Source: Raillietiella orientalis (taxonomy: Eukaryota). From it: 64,000 nt of DNA. The notes beneath the pieces were generated by a model that saw nothing but the letters and a program-made list of their open reading frames with translations, was not told the origin of the DNA and made no database searches. The position numbers and the translations under genes were made by a program. Of the stretch, positions 24,470 to 37,617 are shown piece by piece; position 1 is the stretch's first letter, and each line of letters begins with the position of its first letter. Location: NCBI GenBank assembly GCA_036172245.1, contig JAYWIR010000091.1:124001-188000 (forward strand), in the 5' to 3' direction.

Positions 24470-27400
24470 GAGTGCGGACGTGTTGTTCTTCGCTCTCGTC
24501 TCCGTGCTTTCATCCGCTTCATCTTGGCGTCGTACATTTTGACGACGATGTCGACCCAACTTGAAGCTACTGAAGTTGGAGGAACAGCATCCGGATCTGC
24601 AATCGCGGAACCGACGGCCGCCTCCACTTCGTCTTTCTCGCCAATGGAGAGGAGTTTTGCTGACGTTGCTGCCACAGGAGCCGTCAAAGGGAAATCACTC
24701 GACGAGTCGGAGTTGCGGGCATACGTAGCCCAAGGCTATAGACCTGCTCTCCGATATAAGGTGAGTGGCTTTCTTTCTGCGCGCGACGGGAATCAGTTCA
24801 ACGATGAACTGACCCGTGTTGGCGTGCGATAGGAGGACCTTCTCGCCATTATGCCCGTAAAAGACATGGGCTATTTCAAGGTGCGTTGCAAAGACGCTGC
24901 ACTTGTGCAACGCTTGCTGCGCACACCGTTGTCGATCCGTGGCCAGAAGGTCTTCCCGACCGCCATGGACGACTCATTTGTGGCGGAGATTTTCGACATC
25001 GATTCGGAAATCTCCGATATTGATATTCTGAACGCGTTGGCGAAATTCGCCACGGTCCATGCGCTGTGGATGGTGCGTACGAACCTCAAGGACTTCCCGT
25101 CCATACACAGCGGAGTCGCTGGAGTCCGGCTTACAATGCCGGACCGCTGTTTGCTGCCCACCAAACTACAGGTGAAAGACACGGTCGTTCACCTGTGGTT
25201 CGTGCGCAAAGTAAGAACGTGCGAGCACTGCGGGAAGGAGAAGCAATGTTTGGATAAATGCCCCTCCGGAAAATGCCGTTATTGCAAACTATCCGGGCAC
25301 CAATTTAAAAATTGCCCGGATCTTTTGCGAAAAAAGGCAGCCGCGGAGCTTTATCTTAGAAAACAAGGCGCGGATAAAAAAAAATATCTGCGAAAAACAT
25401 GGAGACCCTACGGCAGAAATTCCGAAAAAACGAGAGGCGGAATGTCGCCCCAGAGCAGCAGGAAACCTCGCACGCGAAGCCCTGCGTGCCCACTCTCGAG
25501 GCAGGGGAGCCGCAATAGAAAGAGTGCGGGGAATCCGAGGCAATGGTAAGTCCCCCTAGGCGCAATAGCTGTCCTTCCCAAGCACGCCCGGCTCTTTCGG
25601 AGTTCGAGCAACCGGCGGGTACGTCAATGGACAACGGCGGTAAGGACACTTCCAGTACCGTTAGATAGAAATCCTTCACCTCCTGCAGTGACTGAGAAGC
25701 CTAAATCGGTTAAGAAGGGTTGTGCAGTGTCGACTTCGAAAGTCGGCAAAAAAGAATCCGCGTCGCGATTTAACACCACGAAAGCGGAGAAAAATCTCAC
25801 GCCGTCGCAATCGGAGAGCAAGCTCTCGACTGGCGCGGTTGCCGTGCCAACGAAGGGATTAAAATCCCTTCCGAAGGCAGCGTCCATGACGAGCGTGTCG
25901 AAGCCATCCAAAGTGCTCCCGTCCAAAGACGCGGATGGCTTCAAAGATGTCAATGGAGCACAATCTCCATTTACGGCGCCACGCGAAGTGAGGAACCGTA
26001 ATGAAGTAAAGAAGACATCAGCAAAGGTCCCTCGTGCAACTGCGCGTGAGCACGCTAAAAACGCACCCGCCGGGAGAGCAGCCATCACCAAAAGCGATGC
26101 TCTGGAGACCGAAAAAGACAACAGGACAGCTGTGAATCCAGCAGAACCTGTCACTACTTCGCGGAAGGCCGAAGCCCGAACGAACATGCGCCGGTCGGAC
26201 TCCGAAATAGATGCCGTTCCGATCACCGAGACCAGGACAACTCGTTCGAAAGCGTGTGCGCGCCGATCAAAAGTAGGCAGCCAGGCAACGCTCGCCGCGA
26301 AGCCACGCGAAGTCTCCACGAAACCCGACGGGGTTAAGCCTGGCGTGGTGGCATTACATGCATGCAGCACGACAGAGGACGGTGGCCACCGTCCCCTCCA
26401 GCCAGTCGTGCTGCTCGCCGTCTGCTCGCCGGATAAAGCGAGCAAAAAGCCGGCACGATCCCAGCAGTATTGCCGGGAATCCCGTCTTCTCGTCGTCTGT
26501 CCGTAACGTGTTGGAATGTGAACGGACTATAGAACCACGAGAAAAGGCGATTAGTAGCCAACGCTTTGCGCCCCTTCGACCTCGCGCTCCTGCAGGAGAT
26601 TCACGTAATCTCCGACGAGCAGGCAGACGAAATCGAAAAGCGCGCAGGCGGAACGCTACATTGGCGGTGCGGCGGCGCACACACGTGCGGCGTCGCGTTC
26701 CTCGTAAGAGGAAAAATCGCGGAAGCGGTGCGTAGTGTTCCTTTCGATGACGACGGACGGATAGGCCAGCTTGTCATCAAGTGGTCCGAGTCCATCGATC
26801 TCGTCGTTACGAACGTCTACGCGCCGAGTGGCTCTCGCTACCTTGAAGAAAGAGTAGCTTTCTTTGGTGAGGTGCAGAGCCACTGGCTCAACAACTCCGG
26901 TTTCCAAGTGGCGAAACCTCGTCGCTGGGGACTTCAACGTCCGCCTGCTCTCCGACGATTGGAGCCGCCCGAGGGAGCGCGCGCTGCCCATCGAGATGTG
27001 CGCGTCCGTGCACGCCGCCAACTTGATGGTCAGCGAACCTGGAATGGAAAGATCGCTCGATCACGTTTTCCTCGATGAAAACCTGCATTCGCGTGTGGGG
27101 AGGAGAGGAAGATTGTTGACTAGGCTTCCTGACCACCACAGGTTGGAGTTTGAGATCCTTCCGCCAGGCAGGGGGCCTTCGTCGCAAAACTGAAGGATGC
27201 AGGCGAATTGGCTTAGCCAACCGGTGGCTGCGGAGCATCTACGTGGATACCTCCGAGGCTTTGCCATTCAAGAACTTGCGGACTGGGAAGATCTCAAAAC
27301 ATCTGTCCGCGAGTTCTGCTGCGAATTCCCTTTGCACGGGCTTCCACGCGGTTTCGGAGAAGGCGTGGCCCACAGTAAAGACTTTCTGCAGGCCCGCACG

Positions 27401-30376
27401 TTTTTGAGACGCGCCGATGTCGGGCGTCTCGCAGAGTACAAGGCGACGGCCGAGCGCCAGGTCTGGCAGTCCGGAGCAGCATGCCTGTTGGACGACAAGG
27501 GCCAGGAATGTTCGGCCCCAGCCACAGTACGCCGCATTGTGAGACGCTACTAATCCTCGCTGTACGCGGAATCTCCGACGGAGGATATTCTCTCTGAGAT
27601 ACTCCTGTCTCAGGATGCTCGTGTTGTCGGCGAGGAGGAACGCGAACGTCTCGACGAGCCCTTCACGGCGGATGAATTTTCGTCCGCAATCGCTGGGCTG
27701 AAAAGACGAAAGGCGCCAGGCGAGGATGGGCTTGCTGCAGAGTTTTATCAGTGCTTTGCAGTGGAGCTCCTTCCCTTGTTGCTGAAACTCGCGACGCTGA
27801 TGAGTGAATCCGAGAATGTCCCGGATTCCTCCCTCTCAGCGGAGGTGCGTCTCCTGCCGAAAGGCGGAGACTTGCGTCAACTTAACAACTGGCGTCCGAT
27901 CACCTTGTTGAACTCGGACGTCAAGTTGTTTTCCAAGCTATGGGTCGCGCGGTTAGGAAGTATCGCGGAATCTGTGGTGAGCCCGGAACAAACCTACGCG
28001 GTTCCGGGACGATCCATGGAGGCGAACATCCTTTTCGCGCGCACATGGATGCAGCTGCAGGAAGTTGTGGCGCAGCAAAGACAGGCTGCTGCGAAAGTCA
28101 CTGCCGCAGGCAAAAAGAAAAAGCGCCGACGGCAGGAGGGAACGCCAGGTGCCTTGGCGGTCGCGGTCGATCTCCTCAAGGCGTTCGACTGCGTAAACCA
28201 GAAGCTGCTTTTGGAGCTTATGGAACGCCTTGGGTTCCCGGCGCAACTCCTGCTGTATTTGCGCGCGTGCTGGCGCCACGCGCTAACCTGCATCACTATT
28301 AGCGGCTGCCGCGTGTATGGTATTCCCGTTCGTAGGGGCATCCGACAGGGCGACAGCTTAAGCCCGTTGCTCTTCAGCATTTTCTTTGAGTTGGTGCTAA
28401 GAGCATACAGACTGACGCTGTCTCACTTGCCAAGCTCCTGCCCGGGAACGCCTGCCGTGGCCGCCTACGCTGATGACCTGCTTCTTCTGCTCCCCATGTC
28501 CACCCCGGCGTCCAGTGTCGAGGATTTCTTCGACCTGTTTCGTCGGGGAGCAGGCATGTGCGTGAACAGAGAGAAGAGCGTGGTCGTTCCTGTGGGTACG
28601 TCGTGGGAGGGGCAGTCCGACTGGATCCGCCTGCGGATCTCCACGGGCGGGTACTTTAAGTACATTGGCGTTCCGTTGGGCGCTTTCGGCGCAGCCGAAG
28701 CTTGGGCGGACTGTCTTCAGAAAGCAGAGTTGGCCATCAGCCCGTTCTTTAACGGCAAGTTTACCTTGCAGGAACGGGCGACTATTTGGAACACCTTTGT
28801 GGCCCCCCTCCTCCGTCCCCAGTTTTTTGTTTCGGACCCCCCCTATGCGGCAAAACAGCGGGCTAAGCGCCTGCTCAGGAACGCTCTCTGGGGTCCGGCG
28901 AGATCCAGGATCCGCCTTAAAGATATCTTAGCTCCGCGTCTGGATGCTGGTTTGGGTATCTTGACATTGGAGCGAATCGGACTGCAGGTGCAGTTCCGAC
29001 TGCTGGCACTGTGTGCCCAGCAATGGACATCCCCCCTGTGTGTGCAAGCCCGCATTCTCCTGCGGAGATGCGCCGGCAGCGGAGGATTTCTCTCGCTTTT
29101 GCCGGGTACTCAATACAGGAAGCGGGGTTTCGGGTTTCCATTGCGGCAGTTGACCGCACTTCTGGAAGCTCACTCGTGGATCTCCTGCCGCCCAATGAAC
29201 TTTGAAGCTTGGCGGCAGGAGTCTGTTGAATCCTGGGCGGCGTTCCAAGGAATACGCCCTGAAGATCTTCGCCCCCAGCGTCAATTTTTTCCACGATCCT
29301 TGGAAGAAGTACTGCAGGACGAGGTGAAGTTTTCTACCCTGGCTGCCACGCCTCTTGCCGCAGCGCTGTCTGCCCTCAGGGCAAGGAACGACAGTTACCA
29401 ACCGGCGAGGTGGGAGGTTTGCTGCACGATAGCGGGAAGAACCAAACTCCTTGGCGCCTGGAAGACGAGTGAGTTGGCGGACGCCGCCACTCCTCGTGTT
29501 ACTGTAAAGGGACTCCTCCGGTGGGCTGAAGAACTTGCTGTCACCCCCGAAGAACTTGAAGTCCCTTCACAGTGTATTGACAGTTCGCTGCTCCCCCTTG
29601 CTTGGAAACGAGACGTGCTGCCTTTCGTTCAATGGAGTTTTCAGTGCAACGAGCGTTGGCATCGTGTCTCCGGGGGACTTGCGTCTGCGAACTGCGTTCG
29701 GTGCGGATCGACGGTGTCGATTCCGCACCTACTTCTGGACTGCGGTGTCCTACAAGGACTGTGGTGTAGGCTGGCAACAGCAACAATGCATCCCGTGGAC
29801 ACCGCAAGAGACTTGTGCGACGATTGTTCACGTCGAGCGGGCTGTCACTAAGCGCAAGGATTGCAGCCATCGGTTGCATACGCGCGATAGTTTCCGTCCG
29901 CCAGGCGTTGGTAATCAACGGACAGCACCAAGAGGTAATCAGCAAAGCATCCTTCTACATGGGAGCATCCGCTAGATGGCCTCATTTGACAGAGGAGACA
30001 AAAAGGAATCTCGCCGCAATACACCGCCGGTTTACACACCCTCATCAGCGGCCAACCCGGTGATCATTGCCCTACCCTCCATAAACTAATTTTGTATTTT
30101 CTTTTTACACCCGCGTCCCCATAGGCTCCGGAACATTTGAGGTGCTCATCGTTTAAATTTCCGTGAGTACGGAGCCTATCCAAATTCCCTTTTCCCTTCC
30201 CTCCAGTTTTTGATTTTTGTTTGTTTCCCCTCATTCCCCCCACGCTGCGAGCGGTTTTTTTACCAGGCCTGCGTGCCGGTAATTTTTCTATGTTCTCTGT
30301 CGTTTTGTTGGTTGGGGACATTGTCCCTGACCAGTGTATTATTATTAATAAACGCTCCGGCGTGACCGGGTGATAA
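24470..30376 (+). mobile_element. E8: second full-length family-B copy in direct tandem with E7
   Basis: Colinear with E7 over its whole length (>90% by eye) with different disabling changes. 696-aa RT-containing ORF at 27761-29851. AATAAA at 30347 plus hairpin. Confidence 0.95.
26470..30063 (+). pseudogene. E8 ORF2 (APE-RT-zinc finger), disrupted
   Basis: EN pieces 26566-27193; RT/zinc finger 27761-29851 (AYADD, CVRCG..HLLLDC); C-terminus 29815-30063. Confidence 0.9.
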
Positions 30377-33300
30377 ATTTCAATCTCCGCCTGCTAACAG
30401 GTGAGCCGGAAACACAAGTGAACGCGATGAACGAGTTGTGCGCCGCCATGCGTGCTCGCAACTTGTTCGCGGGTGAGAGGGGAATGGTCCGCAGCATCGA
30501 CCACGTGTTCCTCGACGCTGACCTATGTTCACGGGTCGGCAAACGGGGGAGGGTTGCGTCAACGTTGTCGGACCATTCCCGGTTAATTTTCGAGATGCGG
30601 CCTCGCGACAAAGGACCGCCATCCAGGGACTGGCTTCTGCCGGGGGACTGGACGCGACTCTCAGGTGCGAAGGAACACCTTCGGGAATGCCTGAGAGGCG
30701 TCACGCTCCGGAATCTCCAAGACTGGGACCTTTTTAAGGAATCGGTCCGGGAGTTCTGCGAGGAGTTCCCCCTGGACCGCCTGCCCTCCGGATTCGGCGA
30801 GGGTCTTCGCAACCAGGTCCGGGAATGTTCGTCCCCGGCGTCGGTACGGCATCTCGTGCGGAGTTATTATTCCTCCCTTTACGCCAGGGCGCCCCCGGAT
30901 CAAGATGCCTCTCGGCTCTTGCTTCCGGATGGTGCCCCGGCAATAGGGGAGGAGGGGTCGTTAAGCCTCGATGAGCCTTTTACCACCGGCGAAATTCTTG
31001 CCGGTATCAAAAGGCTCAAGAGGCGGAAAGCTTCAGGGGAAGAAGGCTTGCCCGCGGAATTCTATCAGATCTTCGCGTAAGAGCTGTCACCCCTGCTGCT
31101 TGAGCTGACAAAGCTGATCCGAGACGGAGGCGATGTTCCCGCCTCGTTTCGGTCAGCCAGAGTGAGGCTCCTTCCGAAAGGGGGAGATCTTAGGAATTTG
31201 AACTGGCGTCCGATCACGATTGTGAATACGGACGCCAAGTTGGTTGCCGGGCTATGGGCTTCGCGTCTGGGGCAGGTGGCAGAATCCGTAATTAGCCTGG
31301 AGCAGACATATGCTGTTCCCGGGCGAAGTATGGATGCCAACCTCTTTTTCGCGAGCACATGGATGCACGCGCAGAGGTGTCAAAAGGAAGGGAAAGGAAA
31401 AATCGGCAACCCCACTTTGGGGTCGCCAGCCGGGCTGGAAAGGGACCCCCGGGCAGGGAAGGGGGCCCTAGCGCTCGCAGTCGATCTCCATAAGGCGTTC
31501 GACTGTGTTGACCACGGCCTTTTGTTGGAGCTCCTGGGTCGCATGGGCTTCCCACCCTCCTTGATCAACTACCTGCGCTCCTGCTGGCGCCATGCGAGAA
31601 TTTCCATCTTTCAGCAGTCAGAAGGTGCATGGCGTGCCGGTGCGGCGGCGCATCAGGCAGGGAGATAGCCTGAGTCCCCTGCTCTTCAGGACCTACTTTG
31701 AGTTGGTGCTGAGAGCCTACAGGGTGACTTTGGCCTCCTTGCCGAGCTCGTGTCCCGGCACGCCCGCCGTAGCAGCCTATGCCGACGACCTTCTGCTCCT
31801 GTTACCTATGTCCACCCCGGCGAAGGCGGTCGGAGACTTCTTCGATCTGCTCAGTCGTGGGACCGGACTGCAGGTCAACAGGGCGAAGTCGTCGGTGGTG
31901 GCAGTAGGTGCGGCGTAGGCAGGGCAGCAGGACTGGGTCCGTCTGGGGATCCTCACGGCGAAGTGCCTCAAGTACCTTGGTGTGCCGTTGGGTGACTACT
32001 CCCCAGCGGAAGCGTGGTCCAGCTGTCTTTAAAAAGTGGAGACGGCGATCGGCCCTTTCCTGGAAGGCAAGTTTCACTTGCCGGAACGGGCCGCGGTTTG
32101 GAACGCCTTCGCGGCCCCCATCCTCCGCCCTTTGCTTTTTGTTTGCCCTCTCACCGTGGAATCAAGAAGAGGACGAAGGACCTCCTCCGCATCGCCCTTT
32201 GGGGCAAGGGGAGTCCCCGAGTCCCTCTGCAGGACTTGTGCGCCCCGCCTCGGGACGGCGGCCTTGGCCTCCTGACGCTGGAGCGGGTGGAAATCCAGCT
32301 GGGGTGGCGAACCCTCGCCATCGCAGCGAAGATGTGGAGCACCCCTTGAGCGTTCCGGCCCGCCACCTCGCCAGGCGTGTGTCCCGACGCGTAGGACTCG
32401 CGTCGTTTCTTCTGTGCCCTGGCCGGAAGAACCGAAGATGCGGCCTTATGCTCGGACGCATAGCAACCTTGGCGAAGACAAACGGTTGGATGGTTTGTGG
32501 CCCCGCCAACTCCTCCGCCTGGTTGGAGGAGTCTGCTAGCACATGGGCTAAGCTGAACCGGAGAAGTGAAAACCACATGAACTGCCTGCGAATCGGTCCA
32601 TACGCCAACCGCACCCTGGGGGAAATACTGGAATTTCCCCGGAGTCGCAGGTGGGCGTTGACGACCCTTCTTGCTACGGCGATGCCCTACCTCCTGAGGG
32701 CGCTTCAGGATCGCCAGAAGCCGAGGTGGCAAGTCACCTGCCAGATCGCAAGATGTTAAACGGCTGGACCACAGGAGAATTGGCGGACGGCACGACCCCG
32801 AGCGTCCAGCCGCGTGGATTAATGAGATAAGGCGAGCTGCTCGCCATCCCTACGGATGTGCTGAAGTGGCCCCCGGTACTAAAGGAATCCAGGATCCTGC
32901 TACTTAAGTGGCAAGAGTCGGCGTTGCTACTGCTGCACTGGGGTTTACCCTGCAACGCACGACGCTTCCACTGGACAAGGGGAACTGTGGATCCTGAGTG
33001 TGTCAGGTGCGGAGAGCGGGAATCGCTCTCCCACCTTATGGTGGACTGTGCTGCCATCTGATCCCTCTGGGAACGGTTCGGGGCGACCCTAGGGCTCCCT
33101 ACGGGCAGCACCCCCAGAGACGTTCTTCGGCCCCTCTACGTGAAGGACGCACTGCAGCCAGCCGCAGCCATCGCAGCCTTGTGCTGTGTCCGTGGCATCG
33201 TGGCGGCATGGAGCGACGCCAAGAACGAAGGAGTTTATCCACACGCGAGGGATGTCATCCCAGACGCCCAACGCTTCATGCGGAGAGCTGCCGGATGGCC

Positions 33301-33583
33301 CCAACTGGGGAATATACGGACGGACCTCGAGGGCTTCCTTCAACGGATGGGCCCTCCTCACAGCGTTTAGTGATCCCTTCCCTGCCCTCCAACTTCTTTT
33401 TGTCTGTTTATTTTTTATTTTTCTTTTTGTTTTATCCCCATCCCCCTTTGCTGCTGAGGAACGCTACGCTGGGCTGCGTCCCGGCGTCCCGGCAGGTGCA
33501 GTGCATATGGCCGTGAGCGGGGCCTTGTACCGCGGATGTAGAGTTTTTTAAAAATAAACGCCCCGGGCGTACCCGGGTGTAAA
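30377..33583 (+). mobile_element. E6 3' part: rest of EN, RT, zinc finger, 3' UTR
   Basis: FNLRLL..SIDHVFLD..SDH (30370-31080), AYADD (31592-31918), CVRCGERESLSHLMVDC. AATAAA at 33553 plus CCCGGG-CGTA-CCCGGG hairpin. Confidence 0.92.
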
Positions 33584-36500
33584 CCTCCAAGGCTGGCAAA
33601 AAGGCAGTGAGGCGTCCGGCCTCCACCGAGGTGTCGGTGACTTCCGACCCCGAAGCGCAGGCCGGAAACCAAGTTTCCATCTCCGCGGCACCCCGCCGGA
33701 AGGCTGGAAGGAAGTCCAGCAAACCCCGGAAAGCCCCTCTCCAGGTCGAAGGCGTGGAGATGACTTCCGACTGCGAGGGTGCCACGAGCGTGGGAGAATC
33801 CCGGGAATCGTCACCCGAGAGACCACCACGCACAGACACGGAGGAGATGGAGGGGGTTGAAGCCGGAAAGGTACCCAAGGTGCCTGAGGAGGCTGAAACA
33901 CTAATGGTCATCTCACCCACCTCGGAAGAGGCGGGTTCCCCCACACCGTCATCTTCCCGGCATTACTGCCGGGAATCTCCTCCCGCCGTCGTCTGCGCAT
34001 CGCCATTTGGAACGTGAACGGCATGACAGATGCCAGCAGGAGACGAGACATGGCCGCCATTCTAGGATCGTTCGACCTTGTGCTGCTGCAGGAGATCCAT
34101 GTGATCTCTTCGGAACAAGCGCAGGAGATCGAACGCATCTACGGAGGGCGGCTGTGGTATCGGTGTGGAACATCGAGAGGTTGTGGTGTCGCCTACCTGC
34201 TTCGGCCCGCCATCGAGGCCGCCGCCCGTGTAGTTCGGTTCGACGATCACGGTCGTGTCGGCCAGCTGACTCTCAGCTGGTCCGACTCGATCAACCTGAT
34301 CGTTACAAAGGTTTACGCCCCGAGCGAAGCGGACCTGACGAACAGGAGGGCCAGGAAAGAATTTTTCCTTGCCCTCCATCGCGACTGGTTGACCGAGGCA
34401 GGCGTACGGAATGACCATCTGGTTGCAGGCGATTTTAACGTTCGTCTGAAACCGGATGGGCCGAATCACGAGCGTGACCTGGTCAACGAGGTGTGCGCGG
34501 CGGTGCACACTTGTAATTTGTTGGCCAGTGTACCAGGGATGGAGGACAACATCGATCTCGTGTTCCTTGACGAGCACTTGTGCACTCGTGTGGGCAGGCG
34601 CTGCAAGTTGCCGTGCGAGATGTCCGACCATCAACCAATCGTGCTTGAAATCCATCCGCGAGACAGGGGCCCCCCCTCGTCAGCGTGACGTTTGCCAGGG
34701 GACTGGCTGAAGCTCCCGGACGCGACGGAACATCTCTGCACGTTTATACGGAGCTTTAGCATCCAGACGCTTCAGGATTGGGACCGCTTCAAACGGTCGG
34801 TGCAGGAGTTATGTGACCAGTTCCCTCTGCACCGCCTTCCCGCGGGATTTGGAGACGAGGTACGTAACGAACGAGCCTACCTGCAGGCCCGTCGTTACGC
34901 CAGGGCCCCCGAAATCCGGAGGCTGGTGGAATACAAAGCGGGTGCCGAGAGGCAAGCCTGGCAGTCAGGATCGGCCAGCTTGCTGGACGATCAGGGCCAG
35001 GAGCATTCGGCATTCGCTCAGATCCGCGGTCTGCTGCGGCATTTTTACTCCTCCCTGTACGCAAGAACTCCTCCCGAGCGGGATTTCTCACGAATCCTGC
35101 TTCCGGAAGGCGCTCCTGCGATCGGGGAAGAGGAGAAATAGTCCCTCGACGAGTCTTTTGCAAACTTTCGCGGCTGAGCTAACCCCCCTGGTACATCAAC
35201 TCACCTTGCTGATACGCGAGACAGGTGACGTTCACGCCTCGTTTCGTTCGGCAAAGGTGCGGCTTCTCCCCAAGGGAGGGGATCTGAGGAGCATGAACAA
35301 CTAGCGTCTCATCACAATAGTGAATGGGGATGCCAAGTTGATAGGTAAGGTTTGGGCTGAGCGTTTGGGACGAGTTGCAAACGCCTTCATCAGCCCGGAA
35401 CAGACATATGCTGTTCCGGGGCGAAGCATGGAGGCGAACCTGTTCCACGCTTCCACCTGGCTAGAGCTCCAACGCGAAAGGGGCTGGATGCGCACCGGGA
35501 ATTCCGGTGAGTCCGTCAGTCATGCGACGGTTAGTCGGATGGGGGAGGGAGCACTTGCGGACGCTGTCGACTTGCGTAAAGCATTCGACAGCGTCGACCA
35601 GAATCTCCTTCTGGAGCTTTCGGAACGCTTGGGCTTCCCGGCCTCATTATTGGCCTATCTGCGCTCTAGCTGGGGCGATTCGCAAATCAATGTAACTTTC
35701 AGCGGGCATACTGTTCACGGCGTGCCGGTGCGACGTGGGATCCGGCAACGAGACTGCCTGAGCCCCTTGCTCTTCAGTACCTACTTTGAGTTGGTACTGA
35801 AAGCGTACAGGTTAACTCTGGAGCACCTGCCACATGAATGCGCCGGAACGCCTGCGGTTTCAGCATATGCGGACGACCTCCTGCTACTGCTCCCTATGTC
35901 CACCCCGGCTTCGGCAGTCGAGAAGTTCTTCGACCGGCTGAATCGAGGAACCGGGCTTACGGTGAACAGGGCGAAGTCATCCGTGATGCCAGTTGGTGCG
36001 GCATGGGCAGGGCAGCACGACTGGGTCCGTTTGGGGATCCCCACGGTGAGGTAATCCAAGTACCTTGGTGTGCCGTTGGGGGACTACTCCCCTGTGGAAG
36101 CGTGGTCCGGCTGCCTTCAAAAAGTAGAGACTGCTATCGGCCCGTTCCGAGGCGGCAGGTTTTTCCTGTCTGAACGGGCCGCGGTTTGGAACATGTTCGC
36201 GGCTTCTCTCCTCCGTTCCCTGCTTTTTGTTTGCAGCCCCACAGAGAGGATCAAAAAGCGGACGAAGGACCTTCTCCGTATCGCCCTTTGGGGCAACGGG
36301 AGGGCCCGAGTCCGCTTAAAGGACTTGTGCGCTCCGCGTCGGGACGGTGGTCTGGGCCTCCTGACATTGGAGCGGCTGGAACTGCAGCTCCAGTTCCGGA
36401 TTTTGGCACTTGTGCCGGAGTTGTGGTGCACCTGTTGGTGCGTCCCTGCACGTCTCCTCCTTCAGCAAGCCACCGGCAAGACAGAACCTACGTCGTTTCT

Positions 36501-37615
36501 TGCACTCCATCGAAGCCGCAGCAGCCGATGTGGGCTTCAGCTACGGAGGGTGGCTGTGCTGTCAAGGAAAAATCAAGGATGGATCACCTGTCTCCCCGCG
36601 AACGGTAGTGCCTGGTTGCAGGAAACCGTTCGCACGTGGGGACAGTTCGTCATGCAACCATCCCATCAGGAACGAAGGTTCCTGTTTGGGTGTTACAGAA
36701 GTTGCACGCTTCTTGAGATCCTGGAGGATCCGAAGAAGAGAGCGTGGTCAGGAAGAACCTTCCTCGCTGCTGCGATGGACTTCCTAGTGGAATATCAGGA
36801 CAGAGATGTTGCGGCGCCGTGGGAGGTTACAATTAAAAACTCCGGGAAGGAGAATAATTAGAGAGAGTGGAAGACGTGCCAGCTAGCTGATGCGGCGACC
36901 CCGAGTACGCCTCCTAATGGACTTCTGCGCTGGGCAGCGCTGCCTGATGTTCCAATTGAACATCTGAAGTGGCCCTCGATTCTTATAAACACTTCCATCC
37001 TCCCCCTAAAATGGCAGAAGTCAGCATTCCTGTTGCAGCACTGAAGACTCCCCTGCAACGCCCGTCGACACCACTGGACCTGGGAAGCGGTGGATCCCAA
37101 TTGTGTAAGGTGCGGGGAACGGGAATCCCTCCCTCACCTCCCAGTGAATTGTGTTGCCGTTCGGCCCCTTTGGTTCCGCTTTGCCGCGGCCATCGGTATC
37201 CCTTGCGATATCCCAGGGACGCACTAAAAGCCTTCTTCGTTGCCGACGCCCTGCGGCCAGCGTACTCGATAGCAGCCTTGTGCTTCCTTCGTGGGATCGT
37301 TGCCGCCTGGAGCACGGCGACGGGAGGACCTAGCGATATTGACGCCATCTAGTGCGCCTCCCAATTCCTGAGGAGGGCGTCGCGATGGCGCCACCTGGAT
37401 GTTCATTACAAACAAGAGCTTGTCAGCATCCTGAGAGGGATGATGCGGCCCCAGCAGCATCAGTGATCCCTTCCCTTTCCCTCCCACCCTTTGTTTCTTT
37501 TTGTTTAGTTTTTTTGTTTTTCCCCTTTCCCCTGCTGCCTTGGTGGACCGTACCGGTCTAGAAAGCGGTGAATTGGCAGGCTCCGTGGTTCTTTGCTTCT
37601 GGCTGGAGCATTGCC
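33584..37615 (+). mobile_element. E9: element of a third subfamily, from late ORF1 through ORF2 into a truncated 3' UTR
   Basis: EN 33966-34688 (WNVNG, LQE, AGDFN, SDH); RT 35320-36054 (KAFD, AYADD); CVRCGERESL at ~37100. Confidence 0.9.
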
Positions 37616-37617
37616 AC

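Larger units (their letters stand above)
18543..30385 (+). repeat. Triplicated target-site duplication ATTTCAATC at 18543-18551, 24461-24469 and 30377-30385
   Basis: Identical 9-mer before E7, between E7 and E8, and after E8. Removing E7+E8 restores host EN AGDFN-LRLLTGEPE. Confidence 0.9.

Noticed and set aside
27761..29851. 696-aa RT ORF as an intact gene, or a prokaryotic RT system (retron, DGR, group II intron)
   Set aside because: It is an internal piece of disabled E8 ORF2. The APE domain, CCHC ORF1, AATAAA and TSD identify a eukaryotic non-LTR element.
18552..30376. E7/E8 direct repeat as LTRs or an assembly artefact
   Set aside because: Each unit is a complete coding element without TG..CA ends or a PBS, and the copies differ at many positions.
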